Origin: Dehalococcoidia bacterium
GTDB lineage: Bacteria > Chloroflexota > Dehalococcoidia > Lucifugimonadales > UBA3495
DNA length: 64,000 nucleotides
Direction: 5' to 3'
Assembly (NCBI GenBank): GCA_003523055.1
Contig: DPHC01000002.1
Location: 392,933 to 456,932 of the forward strand
Shown piece after piece: positions 1-10,370 of the stretch (positions are counted from its first letter, which is position 1; each line of letters opens with the position of its first letter). Under the pieces are notes generated by a model. It was given only the letters and a program-made list of their open reading frames with translations, made no database searches and was not told where the DNA came from. Both the position numbers and the translations under genes were made by a program.

Positions 1-2289
1 TATCAATTCTAATGCCAATATATACTTCCAATTATTTCGAATATAGTTGGCAAGTTCTAGGTGTTTTTTCCAAATAATATAACCAGATAATGAAGTGATA
101 ACAGCAACAGTACTCCAAATCAAGCTCCTTCCATATTCAAACAACTCTAGTGAAGTCACCAACCAAACAAAGTAACTAAGAATAAACAATCCAAACAATT
201 TGTTCAATCCATAACCTTTATCAGGTAAGAATTTAAAGGCTACAAAGACAATTGGTACAAAAATCAAACATATTAATTCCAAGGTAAACAACCATCTAAA
301 TGCTCCATTAATTGAACTCATGCCTGGATTGGAAAACAAGTCTGACCAAGTGCCAGATTGCTTTATGAGGTATTTATTTTCATTATCTATATTATAAGGA
401 TATAAATCGTCTCTAAAATCAGCTCTCATAATGACGTTAAGAAGTTCTCGTTCATTTATATGCTTGGTTTTTTTCAGTATTAATACTAAAGGGTGATCGT
501 AACTCACAACGTTTTCGTCTGCGTACCCGAAATCAATCCCACTCTTATTAACAAACATTTCTGTAAACATGTCAGGTTGACTTAAATTAGTTTTAGAAAA
601 TGGGTTGTCTTTTAAATGTATTCCTCCCAAATTAGGGTATCCTGCAAAAATTCGAGTCACTTCAAATCCTAGTTTCCCTTCAAACAACGTCGAATAATAA
701 GATGAAGAATATGGATATTTCTCTGATGCGCTCGTGATTCCAACATATGGTCTGCTGCTATAGAACACCACGTATTCAGTTGTAGCTAAGTTTCCAACTA
801 GTTCGTATATTTTGTCAATATCATCCAAATCATAAGCGGGATACAACCATGTTTCATAATTGTACAAATTGGGAATTTGTTCATCCCAGTGGGAATCTAA
901 AATTAATTTAGTTCCATTGGGAATTTCTTTATTTATCCATTCAGAAGCCTGTATGGCAGTATGGTCATCAGAATATATATTTATGAATGCTATTGTGTAC
1001 AAAAAATGAATAAGCAAGAATCCTGAAAGCATAATATAAATATATATCTTAGGTTTAAATTTCCAGTTCTTGGAGGACACTCGGGTTAAGTATTTATTCA
1101 TAGAGATACATGAATCGTTTACAAATACAGCAGTTAGTAAAAATAACCCTGGTATTATTGGAAAAATATATCTAAGAAATTTAATTTCGTACGATTCCAT
1201 AAATAAAAGAAATGGCAAAATCCATGATAAAAGTAATACAGTGCCAAATGTAACATGCTTAAATTTTATGGCTCGATATAGACCATAAAATATACCTATA
1301 AAAATGACGATTCCTACTAGTGGGCCTACGCCCCAAACGAACATTTGTTTGAGGTTATAAAATATAGGTGCGGTTCCGATGTATTGATTAGTAAACGGCC
1401 ACATACCAGCATTGTTAGCCATCATAGATTGAGCAGAGATATCTGAAAAAAAAGTTTTGAAATCCAACAATGCGAACGGGCTTGATATAAAAAAAACACC
1501 AGCTGCAATAATAAAAACTAGTGTTGCTTTTATTATTAACGTCGCAATTATAGTGAAATTCCATTTCGGTGCTTTATAGAACATATATAGAAATGTAATC
1601 AAGATAGGAGCACCTAATAAAAACCCACTAACTTTAAATGCAAGTGCTATTCCAAGTGATAACCCTAGATAAGCCAAATTTTGCACCGAATTAAATTTAT
1701 ATAAATTCCAACAATTCAATAAAACTAGCCCGATAAATAAAACCAAAAAAGGTTCTGGTCTATAAAAATGGCTGTGTTGGATGTGAATGAAAGATGTGGC
1801 AATCAAAATGGCCGTTATGATCCCAATTCTGGAATTAAACATTTTAGCGCCTAATCTCCAGTAAATAAGTACAGCTAAGACATCTGCAATAATAGAGAAT
1901 GATCTACCTAAAAACCTCAAATCCATCAGGTCCAGCTGTATAACATTACTTAGCAACATTTGAGGAATTACAAGCATATAAATCAAAATAGTTCCTAATG
2001 GAAACCAGTTAGGATTAAATGGACTAGTAGAAGGATTTATATAATATATAAAAGCGCTTTTATTGTTTCCAACCATAGGCTCGCAATAATATGGAGCCAT
2101 TTCACTAATAACTCTTAAATACATGCAATAAGATCTCATGTAAATAGATCGCTCATCTGGGTGAAATCCTATGCCTTGGTCCCAATCAAAACCGTATATT
2201 CTAAGAAGCAAAGCCAAAAACAGCAATGACAATACTCCAATCCATTTCACTAGCAATGGATTAGTTTTGAATGGATTGAACAGCATCAT
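1..2289 (-). CDS. Large polytopic membrane protein: an N-terminal GT-C/PMT_2-like glycosyltransferase-type region followed by the start of a DUF2298 (Chlor_Arch_YYY) domain. Partial, 763 codons; the 3' end runs off the window
   Basis: Absent from the ORF track because no stop lies inside the window. Manual minus-strand translation from ATG ATG at 2289..2284 (in-frame TAG immediately upstream) stays open to position 1. It begins MMLFNPFKTNPLLVKWIGVLSLLFLALLLRIYGFDWDQGIGFHPDERSIYM and has many hydrophobic segments. Near the left edge, FKFLPDKGYGLNKLFGLFILSYFVWLV parallels FNKLPDKGYSISKILSLIFLTYLAWLI at the N-terminus of the 30176..32536 protein. Confidence 0.7.
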   Translation of the reverse strand, partial: MMLFNPFKTNPLLVKWIGVLSLLFLALLLRIYGFDWDQGIGFHPDERSIYMRSYCMYLRVISEMAPYYCEPMVGNNKSAFIYYINPSTSPFNPNWFPLGTILIYMLVIPQMLLSNVIQLDLMDLRFLGRSFSIIADVLAVLIYWRLGAKMFNSRIGIITAILIATSFIHIQHSHFYRPEPFLVLFIGLVLLNCWNLYKFNSVQNLAYLGLSLGIALAFKVSGFLLGAPILITFLYMFYKAPKWNFTIIATLIIKATLVFIIAAGVFFISSPFALLDFKTFFSDISAQSMMANNAGMWPFTNQYIGTAPIFYNLKQMFVWGVGPLVGIVIFIGIFYGLYRAIKFKHVTFGTVLLLSWILPFLLFMESYEIKFLRYIFPIIPGLFLLTAVFVNDSCISMNKYLTRVSSKNWKFKPKIYIYIMLSGFLLIHFLYTIAFINIYSDDHTAIQASEWINKEIPNGTKLILDSHWDEQIPNLYNYETWLYPAYDLDDIDKIYELVGNLATTEYVVFYSSRPYVGITSASEKYPYSSSYYSTLFEGKLGFEVTRIFAGYPNLGGIHLKDNPFSKTNLSQPDMFTEMFVNKSGIDFGYADENVVSYDHPLVLILKKTKHINERELLNVIMRADFRDDLYPYNIDNENKYLIKQSGTWSDLFSNPGMSSINGAFRWLFTLELICLIFVPIVFVAFKFLPDKGYGLNKLFGLFILSYFVWLVTSLELFEYGRSLIWSTVAVITSLSGYIIWKKHLELANYIRNNWKYILALELI

Positions 2290-2327
2290 CTATTAAACAT
2301 TTATGGCATTAAATACACAAGATACGA

Positions 2328-3362
2328 TTAATTTAGAGCATTCCCCATCAATGCACACAATTCTATCGTCCTACAAGAATAACCCCATTCATTATCATAC
2401 CATCCTAATACTTTAACCATGTTATCTTGCATGACTATAGTAGATAAAGCATCATAGATACAACTATGTGAATTACCTCTGAAATCTGAACTAACCAAAG
2501 GCTCCTCTGTATACTCTAATATTCCTTTCAAATTAGTTTCAGAGGCTTTTTTAAAAGCCTCATTTACATCATCTATAGTTACTGAAACTGATAAGTTAGC
2601 TGTGAAATCTGTTGCAGAACACGTGGTAGTTGGAACTCTGTATGCGATACCATCCAATTTTCCTTGCAGTTCTGGAATTACTATGCCTACTGACCTAGCT
2701 GCTCCTGTTGTAGTAGGTATAATATTCATAGATGCGGATCTTGCTCTACGAAGATCTTTATGCCCGCGGTCTAAAACAGATTGGTCATTAGTGAAAGAAT
2801 GTATTGTAGACATAAGGCCGTGTTCAATACCGAAGGCGTCATTCAAAACTTTAACCATTGGCGCAAAGCAGTTAGTAGTGCAAGAGGCATTAGAAACAAT
2901 CGTATGCTCTTCATTATTGTACAGAGAATCATTTATACCCATAACAATAGTGGCATCTGCACCTTTTGAAGGCGCTGAAACTAATACTTTACTAGCTCCA
3001 CCGTCTATATGGGCTATAGCTTTGGCAGCATCTGTAAATTTGCCAGTAGATTCTATTACTATGTCTACTCCCATTTCAGCCCAGGGTATATTAGACGGTT
3101 CTCTTTCGCTAAACACTCTAATACTATTACCATCAACCATTAGATCATTGCCTATTGATGTCACTTCACCAGGGTAATTACCATAAGTTGTGTCATGTTT
3201 AAAAAGATGCGCATAAGTGTTTACATCGCTCAATCCATTCACTGCACTAATCACTATATCGTGATCTTTGTAATCTTCTAACCAAGCTCTAGTAACTAAC
3301 CTACCAATTCTTCCGAAGCCGTTAATACCTATCCTAGTAGTCAAAATATTTCTCCTATTCAC
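2328..3362 (-). CDS. gap: Glyceraldehyde-3-phosphate dehydrogenase, type I
   Basis: 344 aa. NAD-binding INGFGRIGRLV at the N-terminus, catalytic SNASCTTNC motif, WYDNEWGYS near the C-terminus. Confidence 0.95.
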   Translation of the reverse strand: MNRRNILTTRIGINGFGRIGRLVTRAWLEDYKDHDIVISAVNGLSDVNTYAHLFKHDTTYGNYPGEVTSIGNDLMVDGNSIRVFSEREPSNIPWAEMGVDIVIESTGKFTDAAKAIAHIDGGASKVLVSAPSKGADATIVMGINDSLYNNEEHTIVSNASCTTNCFAPMVKVLNDAFGIEHGLMSTIHSFTNDQSVLDRGHKDLRRARSASMNIIPTTTGAARSVGIVIPELQGKLDGIAYRVPTTTCSATDFTANLSVSVTIDDVNEAFKKASETNLKGILEYTEEPLVSSDFRGNSHSCIYDALSTIVMQDNMVKVLGWYDNEWGYSCRTIELCALMGNALN

Positions 3363-3400
3363 TCATTATAATTAGTATATTCCACAGATATTAACAAAAT

Positions 3401-3559
3401 CTATCTGCCATGACACCTCTTGTATTTCTTATTACTTCCACATGGGCATTTTTCATTTCTGCCTATTTTTCTTTCCAAGCCCTTTATTCTTTTCTTTTCT
3501 TCACATTCAGTACAAGTACACGCAGCTGGATGATCTGAATACCAATTAGATCTGACCAT
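3401..3559 (-). CDS. Small SEC-C motif (zinc-binding) protein, 52 aa
   Basis: Below the ORF-track size cut-off; manual translation gives [52 protein letters not shown] followed by TAG. The C-terminal [13 protein letters not shown] matches the SecA-type SEC-C metal-binding motif. The ATG lies 9 nt after the eno stop on the same strand. Confidence 0.55.
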   Translation of the reverse strand: MVRSNWYSDHPAACTCTECEEKKRIKGLERKIGRNEKCPCGSNKKYKRCHGR

Positions 3560-3568
3560 ATAAATTAC

Positions 3569-4879
3569 CTATAGTTTTAATTTGTTAAACACTTTCTTGC
3601 CATTAAATATGGCATCATTACCTAACTGTTTTTCGATTTTCAGCAGTCTGTTATATTTGGCCACCCTGTCTGATCTAGCCGGTGCACCGGTTTTAATTTG
3701 ACCAATTCCCCATCCAACTGCAAGATCTGCGATAGTTGTGTCTTCAGTTTCTCCAGATCTATGGCTCATAACCGAATTCCAGTCGTATTCCTTAGCTAAA
3801 GAATAGGCTTGATAAGTTTCAGTCAAACTCCCTATTTGATTTGGTTTAAGCAATATAGCATTACATGCCATATTAAGATTTGCCTGATTAATTCTATCAA
3901 TATTAGTAACCAGCAAATCATCTCCTACTAATTGAATTTTTTTTCCTAATTTTTGCGTTAAATTAGTCCAACCGGCCCAATCGTCTTCATGCAAACCATC
4001 TTCAATGCTTATTATTGGGAACTTATCAACCCAATTTGAATATAACGCTATTAATTCCTCAGACGTTACATTGATGCCTTGCCGTTTCAGTTTATAGCAA
4101 TCAATCTGAGAGTCATACAACTCAGAAGCCGCAACATCTAATCCCAAAAATACGTCTTCTCCTGGTTTATATCCAGATTTTTCTATAGCATTGATTATCA
4201 ATTCAATGGCTTCTTCATTAGAAGTTAGTTGAGGGGCAAATCCTCCTTCATCTCCAACATTCAAATTATGATTTTTAGAACTCAAAATAGTTTTTAAATT
4301 ATGATATATTTCAACTCCTGCCCTAAGTGCTGATGAAAAATCATTGAATCCAGCTGGAATAACCATAAATTCCTGTACGTCGGTAGAATTAGAGGCATGG
4401 CTACCGCCGTTCAAAATGTTCAACATAGGGACGGGTAGGGATGGTGTTAAGCCTGTATGACTACTCAAATATTCCCATAATTCTGAGTTTGAATCATTAG
4501 AAGCAAAAGCATGTGCGGCAGCCAATGATACAGCAAGTATTGCGTTTGCCCCAAGTTTACTTTTGTTTCCAGAAGTGTCAAGTGAAATTAACTCTGAATC
4601 AAATTCCTCAAAATTATTCCACATGGTACCTGTAAAGTGCTCTTGTATGTTCAAGTTTATATTATTAACAGCTTGAATAACTCCTTTTCCCAAATACCTA
4701 GCATCACTTGCATCTCTTAATTCAAATGCCTCATGTTTGCCAGTACTGGCCCCTGATGGCACGGCCGCTGTGCCAATTGTTCCATTAGAAAATCCTACTT
4801 GCGCTGACAACGTAGGATTACCTCTTGAATCAAGAATTTCTATAGCAGATAAAAATTTTATTGTTATCGATTGTGACAT
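3569..4879 (-). CDS. eno: Enolase (phosphopyruvate hydratase)
   Basis: 436 aa. Motifs LLKPNQIGSLTET and SHRSGETEDTTIADLAV, with the typical N-terminal IEILDSRGNPT. Confidence 0.97.
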   Translation of the reverse strand: MSQSITIKFLSAIEILDSRGNPTLSAQVGFSNGTIGTAAVPSGASTGKHEAFELRDASDARYLGKGVIQAVNNINLNIQEHFTGTMWNNFEEFDSELISLDTSGNKSKLGANAILAVSLAAAHAFASNDSNSELWEYLSSHTGLTPSLPVPMLNILNGGSHASNSTDVQEFMVIPAGFNDFSSALRAGVEIYHNLKTILSSKNHNLNVGDEGGFAPQLTSNEEAIELIINAIEKSGYKPGEDVFLGLDVAASELYDSQIDCYKLKRQGINVTSEELIALYSNWVDKFPIISIEDGLHEDDWAGWTNLTQKLGKKIQLVGDDLLVTNIDRINQANLNMACNAILLKPNQIGSLTETYQAYSLAKEYDWNSVMSHRSGETEDTTIADLAVGWGIGQIKTGAPARSDRVAKYNRLLKIEKQLGNDAIFNGKKVFNKLKL

Positions 4880-4884
4880 TTGAT

Positions 4885-5421
4885 TTAGGCTCCTTGATAC
4901 CGTAATACTTCTTGGACTGCTGTGGCAACATCATATACTCGGGTAAAATCAGATTTTTCAGTTACTATATCTCGTTCACCAGTAACATCGAAATCCCATG
5001 ACATTAGGCTGATTACTGGTCTCCCTTCAGATAATGCGTGGCCTAATTCAGATAAAGTTCCATAAGCACCACCAATTGCGACTACAACGTCTCCAGTAAG
5101 AGCAACTACAATATTTCTCGCAAACCCCATTCCGGTTACGATTGGTATGTCTATATGTTTATTCCCGCTATCTTTTTGGCTACCCGGCAAAATTCCTATA
5201 GTCTTACAAGAACTGTTGTGAAGTTGGACGCTTTTGTGGACTCCCTTACATACAGCTTCCATTATGCCACCCATACCACCGCAAACAACGTATTCTACGC
5301 CTGGACATTTAGCAATTTCAGCTCCAAAATCTTCTGCGATAACGGCATGTTCTGGTAAGGCTGAACTACTCCCAATGACGGAAATTATCATTTTCTCTAT
5401 TCCTCGATGCGCCTGATACAA
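4885..5421 (-). CDS. LOG/TIGR00725-family Rossmann-fold protein (lysine-decarboxylase-like / nucleotide-binding)
   Basis: 178 aa. Motifs VCGGMGGIMEAV and GGAYGTLSELGHAL. The true start may be the internal MIISVIGSS at 5391. It sits 6 nt after nuoN and 5 nt before eno. Confidence 0.65.
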   Translation of the reverse strand: MYQAHRGIEKMIISVIGSSSALPEHAVIAEDFGAEIAKCPGVEYVVCGGMGGIMEAVCKGVHKSVQLHNSSCKTIGILPGSQKDSGNKHIDIPIVTGMGFARNIVVALTGDVVVAIGGAYGTLSELGHALSEGRPVISLMSWDFDVTGERDIVTEKSDFTRVYDVATAVQEVLRYQGA

Positions 5422-5427
5422 CGTTAT

Positions 5428-6894
5428 TTAGTTTATGAGATTAGATATACCTCTAATTTGATCTATCAATGGCTCGGGGTATATGCCTAAAAACACTGTT
5501 CCTATTACTGAAATAATCACTACAGTTTTTAGAGGCCATCCTGTATTTATTCTACTATTATCTAACGACGTTGAGGTATCAACATACATACTTTTAATCA
5601 CTATAAGGTAATAATATAGAGATATTAAGCTACTTAATACAGCAACAGATGACAGCCATAAAAATCCACCAACAGCTATTGCAGAAAACATATATAACTT
5701 GGTTGTAAAGCCTACGAATATTGGCAACCCTGCTAAAGAAAATAACCCTATAGCTATGGCTGCTGCTAAAAGTGGGCTATCGTCAGCTAATCCTGCTAAA
5801 TCTGATATCTTTTCTTTATTTCGTTGGCACACAACTCCGGTAAGAGCCGAAAATACGGCGAATCCAGTTATCGCGTATCCGATCAAATAATAGATGAATC
5901 CTTCTATGATAAGTCCATCTGTAGAGCCGAAAACAACCAATGCGGCTAATAATATACCACTATGACCAATCGATGAATAAGCTAACATCCGTTTAGCACT
6001 TGTCTGTTTTAATGCTACGACGTTACCAACTATCATGGTTCCTGTAGCCACGACAGCCAAAACCATCTGCCAATCTGACCATAATTCTTCAACTGGCAGC
6101 ATGATTCCTATAATAAACCGTGCCAAAAATGCAAAAGCTGCTATTTTAGCTCCTATCGCTAAGTAAGCAGTAATAGGCATTGGAGCGCCGTCATAAACGT
6201 CTGGTACCCATGCATGAAACGGCACCACTCCTATTTTAAAACCAATACCAATTAATAACATGGAAATTCCTATCAAACTGACTGGGTTTATCTGGTTAGA
6301 CTGGTTTAAAACTTCAGCAATTAAGGAATATTGTGTCGTTCCTGTAACGGAATACAACATGCTCAATCCATACAAAAATATAGCTGAAGAAAAAGTGCCA
6401 AATATTATATACTTTAAAGCAGCTTCGTTAGATTTTTGGTTAAATTTAGCATACCCAACAAGTATATATAATGAAAAACTCAATAATTCTAAAGCAACAT
6501 AGGCTGTAAGCAATTCTTGACTCTGTACTAAGACGTTCATTCCAAGTATAGCCATTAATACCAAAGCATAATATTCCCCTGGAGACGTTAGATTAGCATG
6601 GACATATTTCATTGATACCAAGATCACCATTATGCCTACTACCAAAAATATTATTTTGAAAACCAAGGAATATAAATCTAATAGCAAAAATCCGCCATAT
6701 GCGGTTGTGTCTGTGCCTTGAAGCATTACAATAGAAACAGGAATCAATACAGCAAGGCCAATTATAGAAACCCAAGGCAATATATATTTTCGGCCGTCTG
6801 AAGTAAATAAATCAATTGTAAACACTATAAGTGCTAATCCAGCCAACATGAACTCTGGAGTGAGTAATATTAAATTGTCATATGAGTAATTCAC
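5428..6894 (-). CDS. nuoN: NADH-quinone oxidoreductase subunit N
   Basis: 488 aa polytopic antiporter-like subunit, last gene of the nuo order. Shares 1 nt (position 6894) with nuoM. Confidence 0.88.
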   Translation of the reverse strand: MNYSYDNLILLTPEFMLAGLALIVFTIDLFTSDGRKYILPWVSIIGLAVLIPVSIVMLQGTDTTAYGGFLLLDLYSLVFKIIFLVVGIMVILVSMKYVHANLTSPGEYYALVLMAILGMNVLVQSQELLTAYVALELLSFSLYILVGYAKFNQKSNEAALKYIIFGTFSSAIFLYGLSMLYSVTGTTQYSLIAEVLNQSNQINPVSLIGISMLLIGIGFKIGVVPFHAWVPDVYDGAPMPITAYLAIGAKIAAFAFLARFIIGIMLPVEELWSDWQMVLAVVATGTMIVGNVVALKQTSAKRMLAYSSIGHSGILLAALVVFGSTDGLIIEGFIYYLIGYAITGFAVFSALTGVVCQRNKEKISDLAGLADDSPLLAAAIAIGLFSLAGLPIFVGFTTKLYMFSAIAVGGFLWLSSVAVLSSLISLYYYLIVIKSMYVDTSTSLDNSRINTGWPLKTVVIISVIGTVFLGIYPEPLIDQIRGISNLIN

Positions 6895-8411
6895 TATAGC
6901 ACTCTCATAACTGTTGCAATACCAGAGTTAATGTTATCCAACAAAATACTTGGCCAGACTCCAACAAATAAAAGAATAATAGCAAATGAAGTTGACACTA
7001 TTTTTTCATATACATTTATATCTGTTATATCGGCAAATTCATCGTTTATAGTTCCAAATACCGTTCTAGATAATAATTTCAGTATATAAACTGCAGTCAA
7101 AGCTGCTCCTAAAACACCAAGTGCCGCTATTGGCCAAGATACTTTGACCGTTCCAACAAAAATCAAGAACTCAGCGATAAATCCGCTTAACCCAGGTAAT
7201 CCTAATGAAGCAAAGCCAGCAAGTATAAATAAAACACTAGCGTGTGGCATAACTTTGATTAATCCGTTCAACACATATATGTTTCTAGTGTGAGTTTTGT
7301 AGTAAATTGCTCCTACTAATACAAACATTAGAGCGGTCATTATGCCGTGGGAAAACATTTGCAAAACGGCGCCGGACATACCTATGGCGTTCAATGTAGC
7401 GACTCCAATTAGCACGTATCCCATATGACTGACACTCGAATAACCTATTATATATTTCAAATCAGTTTGTGACATGGCTGCAATAGCTCCGTAAATCACA
7501 TTTATAATACCCAATATCATTAGCAGAGGCATCCAAGTCTCAGCTCCTAATGGAAGAATTATTATGCCAATTTGAATAATACCAAATGCTCCCAGTTTCA
7601 TTAAAACTCCGGCGTGTAACATGCTGACCCCGGTTGGGGCAGCTACGTGACCATCTGGAGACCAAGTATGGAAAGGCCAAAGGCCTGACAAGACTCCAAA
7701 CCCAATCATGAGTAACAAAAATACCCAGTTTTGAAATTGCCTGTCAAATAATCCTAGTTCCGAAAGCTGCTGTAGTTCACTAAAGGAGAATGTAGGATTC
7801 CCTCCTAAATATGTTTTAGCGTAAATTGATAATATAGCAATCCATATCAGAACGCTTGCTGCTACCAGTACCATCATCAATTTCATCGCGCCATATTCTT
7901 TAGTACGTACAAACGATCCAAAATCAGTTGAACTGCCCCATATCGCGATCAGTAAATACATAGGCAATACGGCTAATTCATAAAACAAGAAGAAAAAGAA
8001 CAAATTAGAAGACAAGAAAACTCCAAATACTCCTCCTCCTAAGACTAATAGTAATACGAAAAAATCTCTGCTACGATTTGCAATATTATTTGAAATCAAA
8101 CAGGCTCCAAATAAAACAACACCATTAAGCAATACCATTGAGGAACTAATGCCATTTAAAGCTAAAGAAAAATCAACATTAAACGAGCCTGTAAGCCATG
8201 ATATGTTGACTATGTATTGATTGCCACCAAATATCGGGTTGTAAGCTAAAAATATTAATATTGACATACATAAGCATATTGCGGAAATGACAGATGAAGA
8301 AACCCATGCCATTTTAGTTGACCATTTAGGGATAATCATCAGTATTAGAGCCCCAATTATCGGAGCTAAAATCAACGAAACCATTAATGACTGTACAATA
8401 ATTTCTAACAT
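6894..8411 (-). CDS. nuoM: NADH-quinone oxidoreductase subunit M
   Basis: 505 aa antiporter-like subunit (WPFHTWSPDGHVAAPT motif region), positioned between nuoL and nuoN. Confidence 0.9.
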   Translation of the reverse strand: MLEIIVQSLMVSLILAPIIGALILMIIPKWSTKMAWVSSSVISAICLCMSILIFLAYNPIFGGNQYIVNISWLTGSFNVDFSLALNGISSSMVLLNGVVLFGACLISNNIANRSRDFFVLLLVLGGGVFGVFLSSNLFFFFLFYELAVLPMYLLIAIWGSSTDFGSFVRTKEYGAMKLMMVLVAASVLIWIAILSIYAKTYLGGNPTFSFSELQQLSELGLFDRQFQNWVFLLLMIGFGVLSGLWPFHTWSPDGHVAAPTGVSMLHAGVLMKLGAFGIIQIGIIILPLGAETWMPLLMILGIINVIYGAIAAMSQTDLKYIIGYSSVSHMGYVLIGVATLNAIGMSGAVLQMFSHGIMTALMFVLVGAIYYKTHTRNIYVLNGLIKVMPHASVLFILAGFASLGLPGLSGFIAEFLIFVGTVKVSWPIAALGVLGAALTAVYILKLLSRTVFGTINDEFADITDINVYEKIVSTSFAIILLFVGVWPSILLDNINSGIATVMRVL

Positions 8412-8414
8412 TTA

Positions 8415-10328
8415 TTAATAACTCACAAATAACCATGTAATAGACATTGCTAGAAAGCCAAGTGTCATCAATCCAAGATACACATATATCTTGCCTGTAA
8501 TATGATATCTCAACAAACTACCAATCATGCTAACAGCATATGCAGGGCCATTGATACCTTTATCATTAACAAATACTCTATCTAAAAACGAAACCAGTCT
8601 AGATAAGGGCATCATTATCTTATCGACACATAGTTGAAAAAATTCATCAATATAATACTTGTTTTTGATCAATTTTATAGGACTTGCTAAAACTGTTTTT
8701 ATTGTCGTAAATATACCTAATTTCTTACTATATGCTAAATATCCTATAGCAAAGGAAGCTAAAGTCACGATTAATGCTATCACAGCTATAACTGGATCCA
8801 AATGAAATTTTTCGGGATGTCCATAATACAAAAACATCCCAAAACTATGGTAAATTCCTGGCATATAAATCGCTAACCAGCCAAATGTGAATACTATTAA
8901 TGCCAAAACCACCAATGGCCATATCATTACAACAGGTAATTTATGTGCATCAGTATAATCAGACCTACTTGTTCCGAAGAATGGAATCAAAACCAATCTA
9001 ATCATATATAACCCACTGATAAACACTAGCAGCATGGTTAAAATCACAAATACAATTCCTCTATTATTTACAACTGACACCAGAATTTCGTCTTTGCTCC
9101 AAAACCCAGACAATAATGGGATTCCTGCTAGTGACAGAGCTCCAATAATAAACAAGATTGTAGTAACAGGCATAATAGATTTTAAGTTTCCCATTTTGCT
9201 TATATCTAATTCTTCTATCGAATGCATTACGTTTCCTGCAGTTAGAAACAATAATGCTTTACTGAATCCATGCGCCAATAAATGTAATATGGCGGCCGTA
9301 TATCCAAAACATCCTAAACTTAAAAACATAAGTCCTAAATGGCTTATAGTAGAATATGCTAGGGCTCTTTTAAGGTCTATAGAAAATAAGCATATTAGAG
9401 CTGCTCCAATAGCTGTAGTTAATCCTATTACGGCAACAAACAACATCATGAAATCGGATGACACAAACAATGGATAAGTTCTAGCCACTAAATATACTCC
9501 AGCCGCAACCATAGTAGCCGCATGTATCAATGCGCTGACAGGAGTCGGGCCTTCCATGGCATCGGGCAACCATATATGAAATGGAAATTGCGCAGACTTG
9601 CCCATTGCACCTAAAAACAATAAGAATCCTATTACAGATATTAATGTTCCATTTAATTCTCCCGCATCGATAGCCGAAAACAAAGCAGACATGTTAAACG
9701 AACCCACGTTATACCAAATCAACAATATCCCTATCAGTAATCCTACATCTCCAATTCTAGTAACTGTAAAGGCTTTTTTAGCAGCCTCTTTGGCTGAGGG
9801 CAATTCATACCAAAATCCTATTAATAGATACGAGCATAAACCAACTAATTCCCAAGCGATATACAGTAACAGAAAGTTATCTGCTAGTACTAATATCAAC
9901 ATTGAAGAGATAAATAACGCTTGAACGGAATAATACCATCCAAATCTAGGGTCATTTTTCATGTATCCTATCGAGTATATTTGTACCATCAACGCAACCA
10001 CTATTCCTAATCCCGCAACTGCTAAACTAAGAGGGTCAATCACAAAGCCCAAAGAGGTATCTAGAAAGTCAGCTCCCGGTACTCCAGCCATAAACCAATT
10101 AATTGCATAATGGCAACTGATGGAACCAGTAAACACATCATGTAAACAATTATCATAATATGAACCAACTATCACATATTCCAATAAAGCCCAACAATAT
10201 ATTATTAACCCTATTCCTATTGCGAAAACAGGAATAATCCAAGCCTTCTGCTGAGTTACTCGTGAGAACACAATAGTGACCGGAAAAGCAATCAAGCTAA
10301 TAACAGGTATTAACCAAAAATAAACCAC
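8415..10328 (-). CDS. nuoL: NADH-quinone oxidoreductase subunit L
   Basis: 637 aa, the longest antiporter-like subunit (FPFHIWLPDAMEGPTPVSALIHAATMV) with a C-terminal extension, positioned after nuoK. Confidence 0.9.
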   Translation of the reverse strand: MVYFWLIPVISLIAFPVTIVFSRVTQQKAWIIPVFAIGIGLIIYCWALLEYVIVGSYYDNCLHDVFTGSISCHYAINWFMAGVPGADFLDTSLGFVIDPLSLAVAGLGIVVALMVQIYSIGYMKNDPRFGWYYSVQALFISSMLILVLADNFLLLYIAWELVGLCSYLLIGFWYELPSAKEAAKKAFTVTRIGDVGLLIGILLIWYNVGSFNMSALFSAIDAGELNGTLISVIGFLLFLGAMGKSAQFPFHIWLPDAMEGPTPVSALIHAATMVAAGVYLVARTYPLFVSSDFMMLFVAVIGLTTAIGAALICLFSIDLKRALAYSTISHLGLMFLSLGCFGYTAAILHLLAHGFSKALLFLTAGNVMHSIEELDISKMGNLKSIMPVTTILFIIGALSLAGIPLLSGFWSKDEILVSVVNNRGIVFVILTMLLVFISGLYMIRLVLIPFFGTSRSDYTDAHKLPVVMIWPLVVLALIVFTFGWLAIYMPGIYHSFGMFLYYGHPEKFHLDPVIAVIALIVTLASFAIGYLAYSKKLGIFTTIKTVLASPIKLIKNKYYIDEFFQLCVDKIMMPLSRLVSFLDRVFVNDKGINGPAYAVSMIGSLLRYHITGKIYVYLGLMTLGFLAMSITWLFVSY

Positions 10329-10370
10329 GTTAATGCAATCCTTTCGTTATGTTAAGTTCGCTCATGATAA

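Noticed and set aside
1070-1288. 72-aa plus-strand ORF in the track
   Set aside because: It lies entirely antisense to the long open minus-strand membrane-protein frame (1..2289). It is low-complexity and AT-driven with no SD, so it is a shadow ORF.
2602-3177. 191-aa plus-strand ORF, plus the many similar 60 to 150-aa antisense ORFs (for example 9034..9477, 9598..9924, 12510..12830, 17744..18091, 45134..45508, 55747..56196)
   Set aside because: Each is fully nested antisense within a confidently identified gene (gap, nuoL, nuoH, amidohydrolase, nuoF-like, acs) and has no family resemblance. These are typical shadow frames.
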